The position numbers were made by a program, and so were the translations under genes. This document shows, in pieces, positions 10,007-22,800 of a stretch of DNA of 64,000 nucleotides (its first letter is position 1; every line of letters begins with the position of its first letter). Source of the stretch: Paraspadella gotoi (taxonomy: Eukaryota; Animalia; Chaetognatha); the NCBI GenBank assembly GCA_051294375.1, contig CM119271.1:14700770-14764769 (forward strand). The letters are read 5' to 3'. The notes below the pieces were generated by a model that did not search any database, was not told where the DNA came from, and saw nothing but the letters and a program-made list of their open reading frames with translations.

Positions 10007-13000
10007 CTGAAAGGAGACGAATATAGAAAATGTGGGGCGGACAATCCAGGGGCCGAGACTCAATTCGCGGCACAACCCCTTCCCTCTTCACTAGACACAT
10101 TTGAATCCGACAATGTTTTAAATAAACAACCAGTCTCGGTGTCATTCTGTTCGTTTTTCCAAGCTCTTTTTAACTAAAAAAGTTTTATTTAAAAAAAAAA
10201 CTTTTTCGCCCGAGCCAGGGGTATTAAAGAGCCAAAATATGGAATTTCACCTTTTATGAGTATTTTTTAGCTTTTTTCAGTAATTTTTTAAATATAATTA
10301 TCATTAATCGAGTTAATTACTAATTATAATGCTTTTAAATTATCATATTCAACTATTTTTAAAACATTCATTCACAAAAAATATTGGTTTAAGCCAGGGG
10401 TGTTAAAGAGCTAAATTTCTCAATTATTTTTTTTAATATTTTCAAATATATTTAGAGAAAAACAAAGTTTTTAATTGTGGTACAACGAATTTAATTGGAG
10501 ATACGCATTATTTTCAAATAATAATTTTTTTTTTTAAGAATTACATATTTTAATCATGATAATAAAAATGAAAAATCTTTGAAAAATTTTACAATGGGAT
10601 TTTAAGTTAATTAATAGTAGTTAATTAATTTNNNNNNNNNNNNNNNNNNNNNNNNNNNNNNNNNNNNNNNNNNNNNNNNNNNNNNNNNNNNNNNNNNNNN
10701 NNNNNNNNNNNNNNNNNNNNNNNNNNNNNNNNNNNNNNNNNNNNNNNNNNNNNNNNNNNNNNNNNNNNNNNNNNNNNNNNNNNNNNNNNNNNNNNNNNNN
10801 NNNNNNNNNNNNNNNNNNNNNNNNNNNNNNNNNNNNNNNNNNNNNNNNNNNNNNNNNNNNNNNNNNNNNNNNNNNNNNNNNNNNNNNNNNNNNNNNNNNN
10901 NNNNNNNNNNNNNNNNNNNNNNNNNNNNNNNNNNNNNNNNNNNNNNNNNNNNNNNNNNNNNNNNNNNNNNNNNNNNNNNNNNNNNNNNNNNNNNNNNNNN
11001 NNNNNNNNNNNNNNNNNNNNNNNNNNNNNNNNNNNNNNNNNNNNNNNNNNNNNNNNNNNNNNNNNNNNNNNNNNNNNNNNNNNNNNNNNNNNNNNNNNNN
11101 NNNNNNNNNNNNNNNNNNNNNNNNNNNNNNNNNNNNNNNNNNNNNNNNNNNNNNNNNNNNNNNNNNNNNNNNNNNNNNNNNNNNNNNNNNNNNNNNNNNN
11201 NNNNNNNNNNNNNNNNNNNNNNNNNNNNNNNNNNNNNNNNNNNNNNNNNNNNNNNNNNNNNNNNNNNNNNNNNNNNNNNNNNNNNNNNNNNNNNNNNNNN
11301 NNNNNNNNNNNNNAGGATAGAAATGATTTATATTTTAATTAAAAATTTTAATTGACTTTAGAAAAACTTTTTTCATTAAAAAAATATTTGTTAACATATT
11401 CATTGTTTGATCCTTTCTTTTTTGTTGTTTTTAGAGATTACAAAGAAAATTTAATGAATTTGTTAACAACGATAAAAATAAAATTGTTAACAAATTTATT
11501 AAATTTTTTTGTTAATATAAAATTTTTTTTTATAAATCTAAAAATGCAATAAACAAGTTCAACACAATGTTTATAATTTAAACTTGTTAATAATTTGCTT
11601 ATCAAGTAAATTAATTAACAATTAATAATATTATTATATTATATATTATTATGTAGTAAAATAGTATCAAATGAATTTATGAATTAATTTAAATATATGA
11701 ATCGGACTATAAGAGGTAGTTATTTTTAATAAATCTTTTATAAATCATAACTTTTTTTCCTTGTGTTTTTAGATTTAGTGAGAAAAACAAAACTTATTGC
11801 TAAACAATTATTTAGTGAAAAAAAGTAAAAACACAATTAATTATTTTTTTAAAAATTATTGTATATTCAAGAAAAATTTTTTTATTTAATAACAAAATAT
11901 TTGTATATAGAGTTAAACTAAACTATTACTCTTATCCGTATAAAATTTATATTCAGATATCATTTTTTAAATTATTTTTTANNNNNNNNNNNNNNNNNNN
12001 NNNNNNNNNNNNNNNNNNNNNNNNNNNNNNNNNNNNNNNNNNNNNNNNNNNNNNNNNNNNNNNNNNNNNNNNNNNNNNNNNNNNNNNNNNNNNNNNNNNN
12101 NNNNNNNNNNNNNNNNNNNNNNNNNNNNNNNNNNNNNNNNNNNNNNNNNNNNNNNNNNNNNNNNNNNNNNNNNNNNNNNNNNNNNNNNNNNNNNNNNNNN
12201 NNNNNNNNNNNNNNNNNNNNNNNNNNNNNNNNNNNNNNNNNNNNNNNNNNNNNNNNNNNNNNNNNNNNNNNNNNNNNNNNNNNNNNNNNNNNNNNNNNNN
12301 NNNNNNNNNNNNNNNNNNNNNNNNNNNNNNNNNNNNNNNNNNNNNNNNNNNNNNNNNNNNNNNNNNNNNNNNNNNNNNNNNNNNNNNNNNNNNNNNNNNN
12401 NNNNNNNNNNNNNNNNNNNNNNNNNNNNNNNNNNNNNNNNNNNNNNNNNNNNNNNNNNNNNNNNNNNNNNNNNNNNNNNNNNNNNNNNNNNNNNNNNNNN
12501 NNNNNNNNNNNNNNNNNNNNNNNNNNNNNNNNNNNNNNNNNNNNNNNNNNNNNNNNNNNNNNNNNNNNNNNNNNNNNNNNNNNNNNNNNNNNNNNNNNNN
12601 NNNNNNNNNNNNNNNNNNNNNNNNNNNNNNNNNNNNNNNNNNNNNNNNNNNNNNNNNNNNNNNNNNNNNNNNNNNNNNNNNNNNNNNNNNNNNNNNNNNN
12701 NNNNNNNNNNNNNNNNNNNNNNNNNNNNNNNNNNNNNNNNNNNNNNNNNNNNNNNNNNNNNNNNNNNNNNNNNNNNNNNNNNNNNNNNNNNNNNNNNNNN
12801 NNNNNNNNNNNNNNNNNNNNNNNNNNNNTTTGTAAGGAATTCAAATCCGGTTTTAAAATTTTAATTTTCTTACTTTAGCTTATTTTTTGTTATTATTTAT
12901 TAATAAATATAGCTAAGAAACTATTAATAAAATATAAAATTTGTAAATAAACTTACCAAAATATTTATATGGGTTTTTATTTTCATATTATGTGAGTTAA

Positions 13001-13659
13001 ATATGGCTTTTATAAAATCTTAATAATTTGAGTTTCTTATACTCTACAATGTTTGCTCCATTTTAATAGCACCTTATATGCTGCAAAAATTGCCATTTCA
13101 GACAAAGAAGATGAGACTATACAAAAAAATGGTTATCATCATCAAATTCTATAGACTTTATTACACTAAAATAGCTATGTACCTCACTTGATTTGTTATA
13201 TTTCGTTATTTTTCAACGCCCTAATGGGTATACTTTAAGATTTTATAGGTTTCAAACAGAGATGGCACTTTTTTTGTTTCTTTCACATCCTCTCTGTCCT
13301 ACCGTGTAAAAATAATAAAAACTTTTGTAAAATATGTTTATGATATTTTTATGTTAAAGCTGCTTAAAATGAGTAAAACGTTTCATCATATAATAGTTTC
13401 TACTACAGAGCGTGAAAAAGTGAAGAATTTTGACTTTTTCATTTTTAACACTGAAGACATCAGAATTTTGGGGTTTAACTTTTTATGAAGAATCGTAATC
13501 TGTAATAAAAATTCCTCAAAATTTAATTTGAAAATTTACTATTTTATAAGGATATTACTATAAATATATTAATTTGGTATTCCTTTCGTTTCGTTGTGTT
13601 TTGGTGTTTTAGCGAAAACAAAGTTTAGAGTTTGTACTACAACGATTTTTATTCAATAT

Positions 13660-13703
13660 AAACAGACATGTTTCGACTCTTGTTCGAGCCTTCATCAGTG
13701 TTT
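13660..13703 (-). ncRNA. Minimal type I hammerhead ribozyme
   Basis: AAACA-CTGATGA-aggctcgaacaagagtc-GAAAC-at-GTC-TGTTT. Conserved core, perfect stem I and palindromic ACATGT stem III. Confidence 0.85.
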
Positions 13704-14362
13704 GACAGACTATCAAAAACTTTTGCATAAGTAAATGTGTGTGAGAGAGAGAGAGAGAGAAAGTTTCCAACAAAGTGGTGAGACAGAATAGTGGTCAGAG
13801 GTGAGGACAGGTGAAGGCAAGGACAGATTGAGTGAGTTTTTGAAAAGAAAGTGAAATGGTCAAACAGAGAGAGAGTGAGAGAGAAAGAGAGAGGTAATAC
13901 GATACATTTGTGCAATGTACAACAAAAATATAAGTTTTTAAAATGGAAATAACAATTAGCTAAATAATAAATTAAATTAAATATAGAATTTGAAATGTGA
14001 AAAATTACATTTGTTAGGGATAGAAGTTCAAGAAGAAAGGATGAAATATAAGAGATAAGATAGAGCTCAAAATGAGCTGGCCCCCCTTGGTGGAGCAAAG
14101 GAGAGACATGGACGATGAGGTCAGGTCATTAGCGCGTCAATGGTTGAGAGGAGAGTTACTGAGCTGGTAAATGCCGGGCTGGGGATTGTTCCTTGTGGGA
14201 ACATTCCTAGTGCCACTCTTATGTCTCTCTGGCCTGTTACGCTTGCTGACTGCCCTCTTCTCGCCTGCTGGTGAGATGGGTGGATCTCACCACTTTGTTG
14301 GAAACTTTCTCTCTCTCTCTCTCTCACACATTTACTTATGCAAAAGTTTTTGATAGTCTGTC

Positions 14363-14406
14363 AAACACTGATGAAGGCTCGAACAATAGTCGAAACATGT
14401 CAGTTT
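14363..14406 (+). ncRNA. Minimal type I hammerhead ribozyme
   Basis: AAACA-CTGATGA-aggctcgaacaatagtc-GAAAC-at-GTC-AGTTT, with one stem I mismatch next to the cleavage site. Confidence 0.8.
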
Positions 14407-14796
14407 ATATTGAATAAAAATCGTTGTAGTACAAACTCTAAACTTTGTTTTCGCTAAAATATAAATATATTGTATTTTATGATACTGTTCCCCAAACAAT
14501 CTGTATTTTATGATACTGTTCCCCAAACAATCTGAGAAAATTATTATTAATATTATATTGGATGATCCGATCTTGTTCTTTCTGTCTCTAGCTCCGATTT
14601 ATTTGTATCACATTTTAAAAATTGTTTTAAAATTAATTTTATCGATTTCTATCAATGAAGCATGTACCTTTGATTAACCAATTGGCCATTATAAGTATTA
14701 AAAAAAATTAAAACGAAAAGTTTTGCTCAGTAAATAATCAATAAATCCTCATTATTCATATAAAACTTTAACGGAGTATATTTTTTCTCTTTATAG

Positions 14797-17700
14797 AATG
14801 AACCGGAAGAGCCCGACAAGGTACAAGACCAAGCAGAACAGCTCACCATCAATGAAGCGCCGCCACTGCGAGTGCTGCAGTCGGCGCTTTTCAACCACGA
14901 CTGGACGCCGCCCTCTCCCAATTCCTCGACGTCTTCGAGTGGCGCTGTATCATTTACGGCCCAATTATCTCCGCTCACCCGCGACATCCCCTCTCCGTTC
15001 TTTGATCCCTTGGAATCGCTGGTAAAACCAATGGAGCCGCAACAGGCCATGGATGTGCCTCAAGCTGCCATGGAGATGTTTCAAGCTGGCATGGATGTGC
15101 CTCAAGCTGCCATGGAAATACCTCAAGCTGCCATGGAGATGTTTCAAGCTGGCATGGAGATGCCTCAAGCTGGCAAGGAACTGTCTCAAGCCGCCATGGA
15201 GATAAATCAAGCTGCCATGAAGTTTCACCTGGCGGCCATGGGATTGCCGGAAACAGCCATTTGGTTACCGGAATCGGCCTTGGATTCACTGGAAACTGCT
15301 ATGGCTTTGCCAGGAACGGCCATGGGTTTGCCAGGAACGGCCATGGGTTTGCCAGGAACGGCCATGGGTTTGCCAGGAACGGCCATGGGTTTGCCAGGAA
15401 CGGCCATGGGTTTACCGCAGGCAGCCATGGGATTGTCGCAAGCAGTCATGGAGTTGCCTCAAGAAGCAATGGAGTTGCCTCAAGAAGCAATGGAGTTGCC
15501 TCAAGAAGCAATGGAGTTGCCTCAAGAAGCAATGGAGTTGCCTCAAGAAGCAATGGAGTTGCCTCAAGAAGCAATGGAGTTGCCTCAAGAAGCAATGGAG
15601 TTGCCTCAAGAAGCAATGGAGTTGCCTCAAGAAGCAATGGAGTTGCCTCAAGAAGCAATGGAGTTGCCTCAAGAAGCAATGGAGTTGCCTCAAGAAGTAA
15701 TGGAGATGCCTCAAGAAGTAATGGAGATGCCTCAAGAAGCCATGCTGTTGCTGCAAGAAGCCATGGGGTTTCCTCAAGAAGCCATGGAGATTCCTCAAGA
15801 TGCCATGGGGTTGCACCAAGGAGCCATGGGGTTGCCCCAAGAAGCCATGGGATTGCCCCAAGAAGCCATGGGGTTGCCTCAAGAAGCAATGGGGCTGCCT
15901 CAAGAAGCCATGGGGTTGCTGGAAGAAGCCATGGGATTCCCGCAAGCAGCCATGAAGTTACCGCAAGAGGCTATGAGCTTATCAGATGAGGCGTTGGTTA
16001 TGCTACAAGAGGCCCTGGGAATGTCACAAGAGCCCGTGGAGATGAGTCAAAAGGCTCTGGGCATGTCGCAAGAGGCCACAGGAATGCCCCAACAAATCAA
16101 TGGGTTTTTGCCTGAGACCATATATTTAAATGTACTGAGTGAGGTCAATTACGAGGGAATTACGCAAGAAAAGGCAATGGCGCATGGTGCCGTGGGCAAG
16201 CTCCCAGTGTTTGAGCTTAAGGAAACCCCTCTTATATACATGGAGACACAACAGGGTTCCGCAATGAGGCATCTGGATCCTGCCATGACGTTTCTGGATC
16301 CCGAAATGACTAAAGTGGATTCCACAAAGACTAAACAGGGTCCTACGATCAAGCAACTGGATCGCGCGATAGTGAAGCTCGACAAAACGCCAGCCCCCCT
16401 TTCGTCATCGATCAATAAAATGACGCCAACGCCCCTTGCGTCACTGATCAATAAAATGACACCAGAGACTCGAGAGACTTTATCACGTCTTCAAAGGGAA
16501 CTTGGCTTCATTGACCCTCATAGCCTATTAGCCCATTTAAGGCTAGTTATAGAGCACGACTATTCACTTACACTCGAACAAAAAAATCTTCTCAGCCACG
16601 TTCGAGAGGCAATTTTTACTAGTCCCCAAAACAGTCAAAGTATGTTTTCTAGTCGGCAAAACACTCCAACTTGCGTTTCAAAAAACGTTTCACAAAATTC
16701 TATTCCGAGTTCACAAATCCAATCAGATTTAAACCAAAACCAAGAAGTAAAGGCCAAAAATGAGACCAATAGACCAATTGACCAAGCTCCACTCGTCTTT
16801 CCACAAAGAAGCCAGTCTCAACCGGGAAACCAACAAATTCCACCGAACGTCAATCACAGGATGACAGCATGGGAATACCTTCTCCGACTCTTTAATAATA
16901 AAAAATTGTACTACGAGTTTTTAACGCTGTGTCAGAAAAACAAAGAGAAGCAACAGAACGAGGAGAACATTACGAAAAACAACGGCGAGAGAAAGGATGT
17001 CAAACCCAACGAGCAAACGGGCGACGCTACGCAAGGAACTTCTTCAAACGCGCTTGAGGAATCCGGCCAAAACGCACAAAACGCACTTGAGGAATCCGGC
17101 CAAAACGCACTTGAGGAATCCGGCCAAAACGCCCAAAACGCACTTGAGGAATCCGGCCAAAACGCCCAAAACGCCGACGTACCCGTCGTCCATGAAACAG
17201 TTGCTGTCCCGAAGGCCGATGGAAAAAAAAAACCCAAAGAACCGAATAGTCCGGTTCCTTACGTCATCCTCATTGCGTTAGCGATGAAGAACAGCTCTTA
17301 CGGTTGCCTCCCCGTGGACGAGATATATGAATTCGTCAAGAAAAACTTTACCTTTTGGCGAAAATCGAAAAAACAACAGTGGAAGAATGCGATCCGTCAC
17401 TCTCTCTCCATGAACTGCCCCGAGGCGGTAAAGACAGCCAAAGCTAAGGCAGCGCGAATGGAACCAGGGAAAAATCATACGATTCCCGATCCTTTTTTCG
17501 ACCAGGTTCAACAACCGACGAAAAAAGTCGATGGAAGGATATACTATCTGTGGATGCTGAATAAAGAGATGCTGATTAGTTTGGAGCAAAAAATTGAAAA
17601 ATGGCTCCGTAAAAATGAAGTTTTAAAAAATCCGAAATCGATCACTTACATTGGAAATGATTTTCCCTCGATTGTGATGGGAAGGTTCACGATCAGCAAT

Positions 17701-18207
17701 CTCGAGGAGTCGCAGGAGAAGATCAAAAAGTCGGTTGCTGTAAGTCTCCGGCGGAGGATTGGGGGGCTGGGAAGAATTAAATAAATAATTTATCTTATTC
17801 ATTAATTTTTTTAGGGAATGCGGGAGAGATTTGCTCCTCACGAGTTTGAAAAGGTGCCCTGGTGGCCTGGAACCCGCTGGACGCCGGAGAACAGACCCAA
17901 AGGGAGGAAACCGCGGCGGCAAAAAAAAGCATCCAAGAATTACAATTGCCATCCGAGCCTCCAGCCTCCTGCTCAAATTATTCCGACGCCGACACAGTTT
18001 GGGCAGCCGGAAAACGCATTATCGGGAAATCGTAGCAAGGCGGGCGGAAATGGCGAAAACAGACGCACGGCGGGTGGAAATTTTAGGACGCAGGACGGAA
18101 ATGGCGCTTACCAGGGCGATATTCTCCAGGTGGCGATATACGAATCAGGATTGCCGATCGTTAACTCATTGGACACAATCAAAATAGTAGTATCCGGCAA
18201 AAACTAA
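14797..18207 (+). CDS. Divergent FoxN1/4-like forkhead transcription factor with a long heptad repeat region
   Basis: Exons 14797-17739 (after TTTATAG) and 17815-18207 join in phase 0. Forkhead motif PYVILIALAMKNSSYGCLPVDEIYEF...WKNAIRHSLSMN. The first exon was not identified. Confidence 0.8.
15043..16020 (+). repeat. Coding 21-bp minisatellite (PQEAMEL / PGTAMGL variants)
   Basis: Tandem GAGTTGCCTCAAGAAGCAATG units, about 11 identical copies from 15451, flanked by degenerate copies. Confidence 0.95.
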
Positions 18208-18533
18208 ACTTTCATCTCTACAAGACGCCTCCAGACTTCTGGTGCATGGCTTGATCGAGACATTCCAGTTTTTTCTAATAATTTTATTACTCTTTTTGTT
18301 GTTATATTTAAAAATCAGCATTGTTACTTATATATGATAATCTTTTAAAATTTTTGATAGCTATAAAAACCTAGAACTTTGTTTCTTTCGCTTATATAAA
18401 CATTGAACAATGCAGATTTTTATTTAACTAATTGTTAATCATCCTCAAAGACTCTCGTGGTGGTCTTTGTTTTAATTGAAACATTTAGAGAAAAACAAAG
18501 TTTTTATTAGTTTTCAACGAATTTGTTTTTATT

Positions 18534-18579
18534 AAACAGACATGTTTCGGCTTTGGTATTCAAGCCTTCTTCAGCGTTT
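18534..18579 (-). ncRNA. Minimal type I hammerhead ribozyme
   Basis: AAACG-CTGAAGA-aggcttgaataccaaagcc-GAAAC-at-GTC-TGTTT. Confidence 0.8.
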
Positions 18580-18763
18580 TTAGTTTGTGAATTGGACAAA
18601 AATATTGTGCAAAAGAAGAGTGTGTGAGAGAGAGAGAGAAAGGAAGAGTTAAAGTTTCCAACAAAGTGGTGAGACAGAATAGTGGTCAGAGGTGAGGACA
18701 GGGTAAGTTGAACACAGATTGAGTGAGATTTTGCACAATATTTTTGTCCAATTCACAAACTAA

Positions 18764-18809
18764 AAACACTGAAGAAGGCTTGAATACCAAAGCCGAATCA
18801 TGTCTGTTT
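18764..18809 (+). ncRNA. Hammerhead ribozyme copy with a core substitution (GAATC), probably inactive
   Basis: AAACA-CTGAAGA-aggcttgaataccaaagcc-GAATC-at-GTC-TGTTT. Confidence 0.65.
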
Positions 18810-19842
18810 AATAAAAACAAATTCGTTGAAAACTAATAAAAAATTTTTTTCTCTAAATCATTTACAACGAAAAGAAAGGATTATCACATAATTGAAACAT
18901 TGAAACATTCCAGTTTTTTTTTTTTTTTTTAATTTATTATCATTTGGCTGTTATGTTTTATTTCGAATTCAGCGTTGTTACTTTTATATGATCGACTATA
19001 AATATTTAAAAATTTTAAAGCTCATTGCTATAAATGCTGAGATATAATTTTTTAAAATCATTACTTTAAATTATTCCAATCACTCATATGAACATTGAAC
19101 AATGCCAATTTTTATATAATGAATTGTCCTCAAAGAATCTCGTGGTCTCCGACTTAATTTAAACATTCCAGTTTTTTTTTATTTATCTTTTGGTTATGTT
19201 TTATTTCGAATTCAGCGTTGTTACTTTTATATAATCGTCTTTAAATATTTAAAAAAAATTAAAGCTCATTGCAATAAATGCTGATATCTATTTTTTTTAA
19301 ATCAATATGTTAAATTATTCTAATCTATGATATGAACAATGCCCATTTTATTATAACGAATTGTTATTTGTTGAGCATGTTCAACAAGACGTCTCCACTG
19401 GAGCTCTCCAGATTATTTAGGTCAATATTTTTTTTCAATAAATCATTTGGTTCTGTTATTTTGTTTCAAATTTAGCCTTGTTACTTTCGTCGTAACTTGT
19501 GTTGTTACTTTTGTCCTTTTGTACATTTGAAACTTAAATTATTAGGTTATATTATTTTATTCGCTCATATGAACAACTCTCATTGTTCTTATTACATTGT
19601 TTATCTGTTTATTGTGTGATCCTTAACTTTTTTAATACTTTTTATGAAGAAACCCATTTTTAAAATGAATTCAAGAAAATTTTTTTTCCCTTCCCATTTA
19701 TAATTTATTAGTTCATATTCTTATTTGAAAATATTTCTTTTTTTGTTATTACATCGTTATTACAAGTTTTGTTATCGTTTTCCAGAGCTCACAATCGCAC
19801 AGTTAAAAAGAGAAACTCTGCCTAAAGAGACAAAGGTTAAAA

Positions 19843-22800
19843 ATGGAGGTCGACATGGACCACATGGGAGAGGGTATGAACCCCTTTCCCTCGGGATCCT
19901 TCATGGACGGCTCGGCCATGAAGGGCGGGAACAACAACGTGGTAGGTCCCCCCAACGGCGGGAGGATGCCCTCGGCCAAGGAACAAACCCTCATGTGGCA
20001 ACGAGGCAACTGGGACTCGGGCATCCAATCGGGCGTCACCACAAACGCCCCTTCCATCAGCAGCCGCGCCTCGGGCCTGGAGATGGAAGCCGACGACATG
20101 GACACCGTCGTGTCCGAGGCCAAGAGCGACTTCGGCTGGAACGATTCCATCAATCAGGGATTTCAGGTAAGACTTGATCGATTGGCGGATCGCGCAATGC
20201 TCGTTAGAAAAGGCGATTTGTCTCGATTGTTCAATGAACTTTCTCTTTTTTTGATAACAGCCGCAGAGGCCCGTTCAAAACGCCTTCCAAGATGAAGCGA
20301 CGTCGATGCAGCAACCGAATTTCGGTTCATCGCAGGTGCTAAAACGATTGTGGGTTATTTACCAGTTTTTTCTCTTTCGTGAAATAATTATACTTGAATA
20401 ATAAAAATTGTATTAAATTAAGCCGATGGTGGATCCCGCTTCGCCGACGACAATGTTGCAAAATGCCGTCGATGAACTAATCAATTATCAGGACGACGCC
20501 GAAGTCGCATCCACTGTCATTCCGGAGCTCATTCAACTCTTGAATGACGAAGATCAGGTGTGTTGTAAAAACAAATATTAAATATTGCTAAAAAAATAAT
20601 TTAAAAAAATTTTAAAAAATCCAGCGTCAAGAGTCTTTAAATAATCTAATATTATTTTAAAAAAATATTTGTATTAACGATGATTCCTTTCCATTTGGAC
20701 TTTCCAGGTGGTCGCCCATCAGGCCGTTTGCATGGTGTTGCAACTGTCAAAGAAAGAGGCTTCGCGTCAAGCGGTCATAGAGTCCAAAGAGATGGTGTCC
20801 GCGGTGGTGAGGGTCATGTGCAGAACTGACTACGGAGAAACCGCGAGGTTAGTTTTGTATTTAAAAGAAGCCAAAACCCCAGTCGGCGAAAGTCAAAATT
20901 TATCTTTGTTATTACAGGCAGATGGCAGAAGTTATATAGTTATTATAATTTATAAACATTGTTTCGTAATGGTGTAGCTGTTATTTATTATTCAATAAAT
21001 ATACAAAAAATTAAACTTAGATTTACCAAAGTAAAAGTAATAATTATTATAATACCTAACATACATTGTTTCGCTAGATGCACGGCTGGAACACTCCACA
21101 ACTTAAGCCATCATCCCGAAGGACTCCTGTGCATCTACAAGAGCGGCGGCATTCCTGCCCTTGTCAAGCTGCTGTCCTCCGACAACGAGAGTGTTCTCTT
21201 CTACGCCATCACCACTCTCCACAATCTCCTTCTGCGTCAAGAAGGAGCCAAGATGGCCGTCCGCATGTCGGGGGGTCTGCAGAACATGGTGGCGCTGCTG
21301 AGCCGGCCCAACGTCAAGTTTCTGGCCATAGTGACGGATTGCCTGCAGATCCTCGCCTACGGTCACCAAGAGAGCAAAGCCGTCATCCTCGCCTGCGGCG
21401 GCCCTGCGGAACTCGTTCGCATCATGCGGCTCTACACCTACGAGAAGCTGCTGTGGACGACTTCGAGAGTGCTCAAGGTTTTATCGGTATGCCCAAACAA
21501 CAAACCGGCCATCGTAGAGGCCGGTGGGATGCAGGCGTTGGGAATTCACCTGGCGAGCGATTCTCATCGCTTGGTACAGAATTGCCTCTGGGCTTTGAGG
21601 AATCTCTCTGACGCCGCCACCAAAATCATGGGCATGGAGAATCTCATCAGCATGTTGATCCAACTTCTCGGTTCCAACGACATCAATATCATTACCTGTT
21701 GCGCGGGAATCCTCTCCAACTTAACTTGCAACAATCAGAACAACAAGATCGTCGCTTGCCACGTGGGAGGCGTCGAGGCGCTACTCACTCTCGTCTCCAA
21801 GGTCCAAGACCGAGAAGACATAACCGAGCCGGCCGTCTGCACCCTGAGGCACTTGACGAGCCGCCACCCAGGCGCCGAAGCCGCGCAGAACGTCGTTCGC
21901 CTTCAAGGCGGCCTTGCCGTCGTCGGAAAGCTCCTTCATCCGCCTTCCAAATGGCCGCTGATCAAAGCCACCATCGGTTTGATCAGAAACCTGGTTCTTT
22001 GCCCCCTGAACAACGCGGCTCTGCGGGAACAGGGGTGCTTACCAAAGCTGTTGCAGCTCCTTATCAAGGCTAACCAGGCGGTGCAGCGACCGACGATGCC
22101 CGCGGAAGGCGGGGCAAGGCGCCGAGTCTCCGACCTCGGCGTCGTCGACGGCGTCCGCATGATAGACGTCGTGGAAAGTATCGTGGGCGCCCTCCACATT
22201 CTGGCCCGCGACCCGCGGAATCGCGCATCTATTCGAGCCCAAAATTGCATCCCGCTTTTTGTGGAACTTCTGTACTCGGACTCGGAGAATGTGCAGCGCG
22301 TCGCCACGGGCGTGCTCTGCGAGTTGGCGTCGGAAAAGGAAGGGGCGGAGATCATTGAGCAAGATGGCGCCACGGCGCCTTTGATGGAATTGCTCTGCTC
22401 TAAAAATCAAGCGGTGGGTCGGAGGCGAATTTACTTATTTTTATCTAGATGAATTTTCGTAAAATTATTTAACTCTTTAGATTTTGTGTTTTTTCCTTTC
22501 TGTTTCGTTGTGATTTGATTTAGAACAAAGTTTGAAGAGAGATTTAACAACGATTTTTATTTCATAGTGAAACGGACATGTTTCGAGTTTTCGAGTCTTC
22601 TTCAGCGCCAATTCAATTCAATTCAAACTTTGTTCTAAACTCTTTAGATTATAATTTTTTTTAATTAATTCAGTTTTTCAATCATTCCACCAGGTGGCCA
22701 CCCATGCTGCGGCCGTCCTCTTCCGCATCTCTGAGGACAAACCTTCAGAGTACAAGAAGCGATTAAGTCTGGCAGTCGACAATGCCGCTGCCACGAGGGA

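Larger units (their letters stand above)
13571..14459. mobile_element. Penelope-like element remnant with inverted pseudo-LTRs
   Basis: ~175-bp inverted arms (13607-13783 and 14285-14459), each containing a hammerhead core. 12-bp TSD TATAAATATATT (13559-13570, 14460-14471). Confidence 0.85.
18486..18888. mobile_element. Penelope-like element remnant (inverted arms, two hammerheads)
   Basis: Inverted arms ~18486-18614 and ~18729-18857. 13-bp TSD TAATTGAAACATT (18473-18485, 18889-18901). Shares AAGTTTCCAACAAAGTGGTGAGACAGAATAGTGG with the 13.6-kb element. Confidence 0.85.
18260..19590 (+). repeat. ~250-bp degenerate tandem repeat (3-4 copies)
   Basis: ACATTCCAGTTTTTT...CAGC(A/G)TTGTTACTT...GAACAATGC recurs at ~18260, ~18905 and ~19163, with a degenerate copy at ~19420. 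Confidence 0.7.

Noticed and set aside
11972-12844. 290-aa ORF
   Set aside because: It is an N-gap artefact.
15261-15989. Overlapping repeat ORFs in other frames and strands
   Set aside because: They are shadow frames of the 21-bp coding minisatellite.
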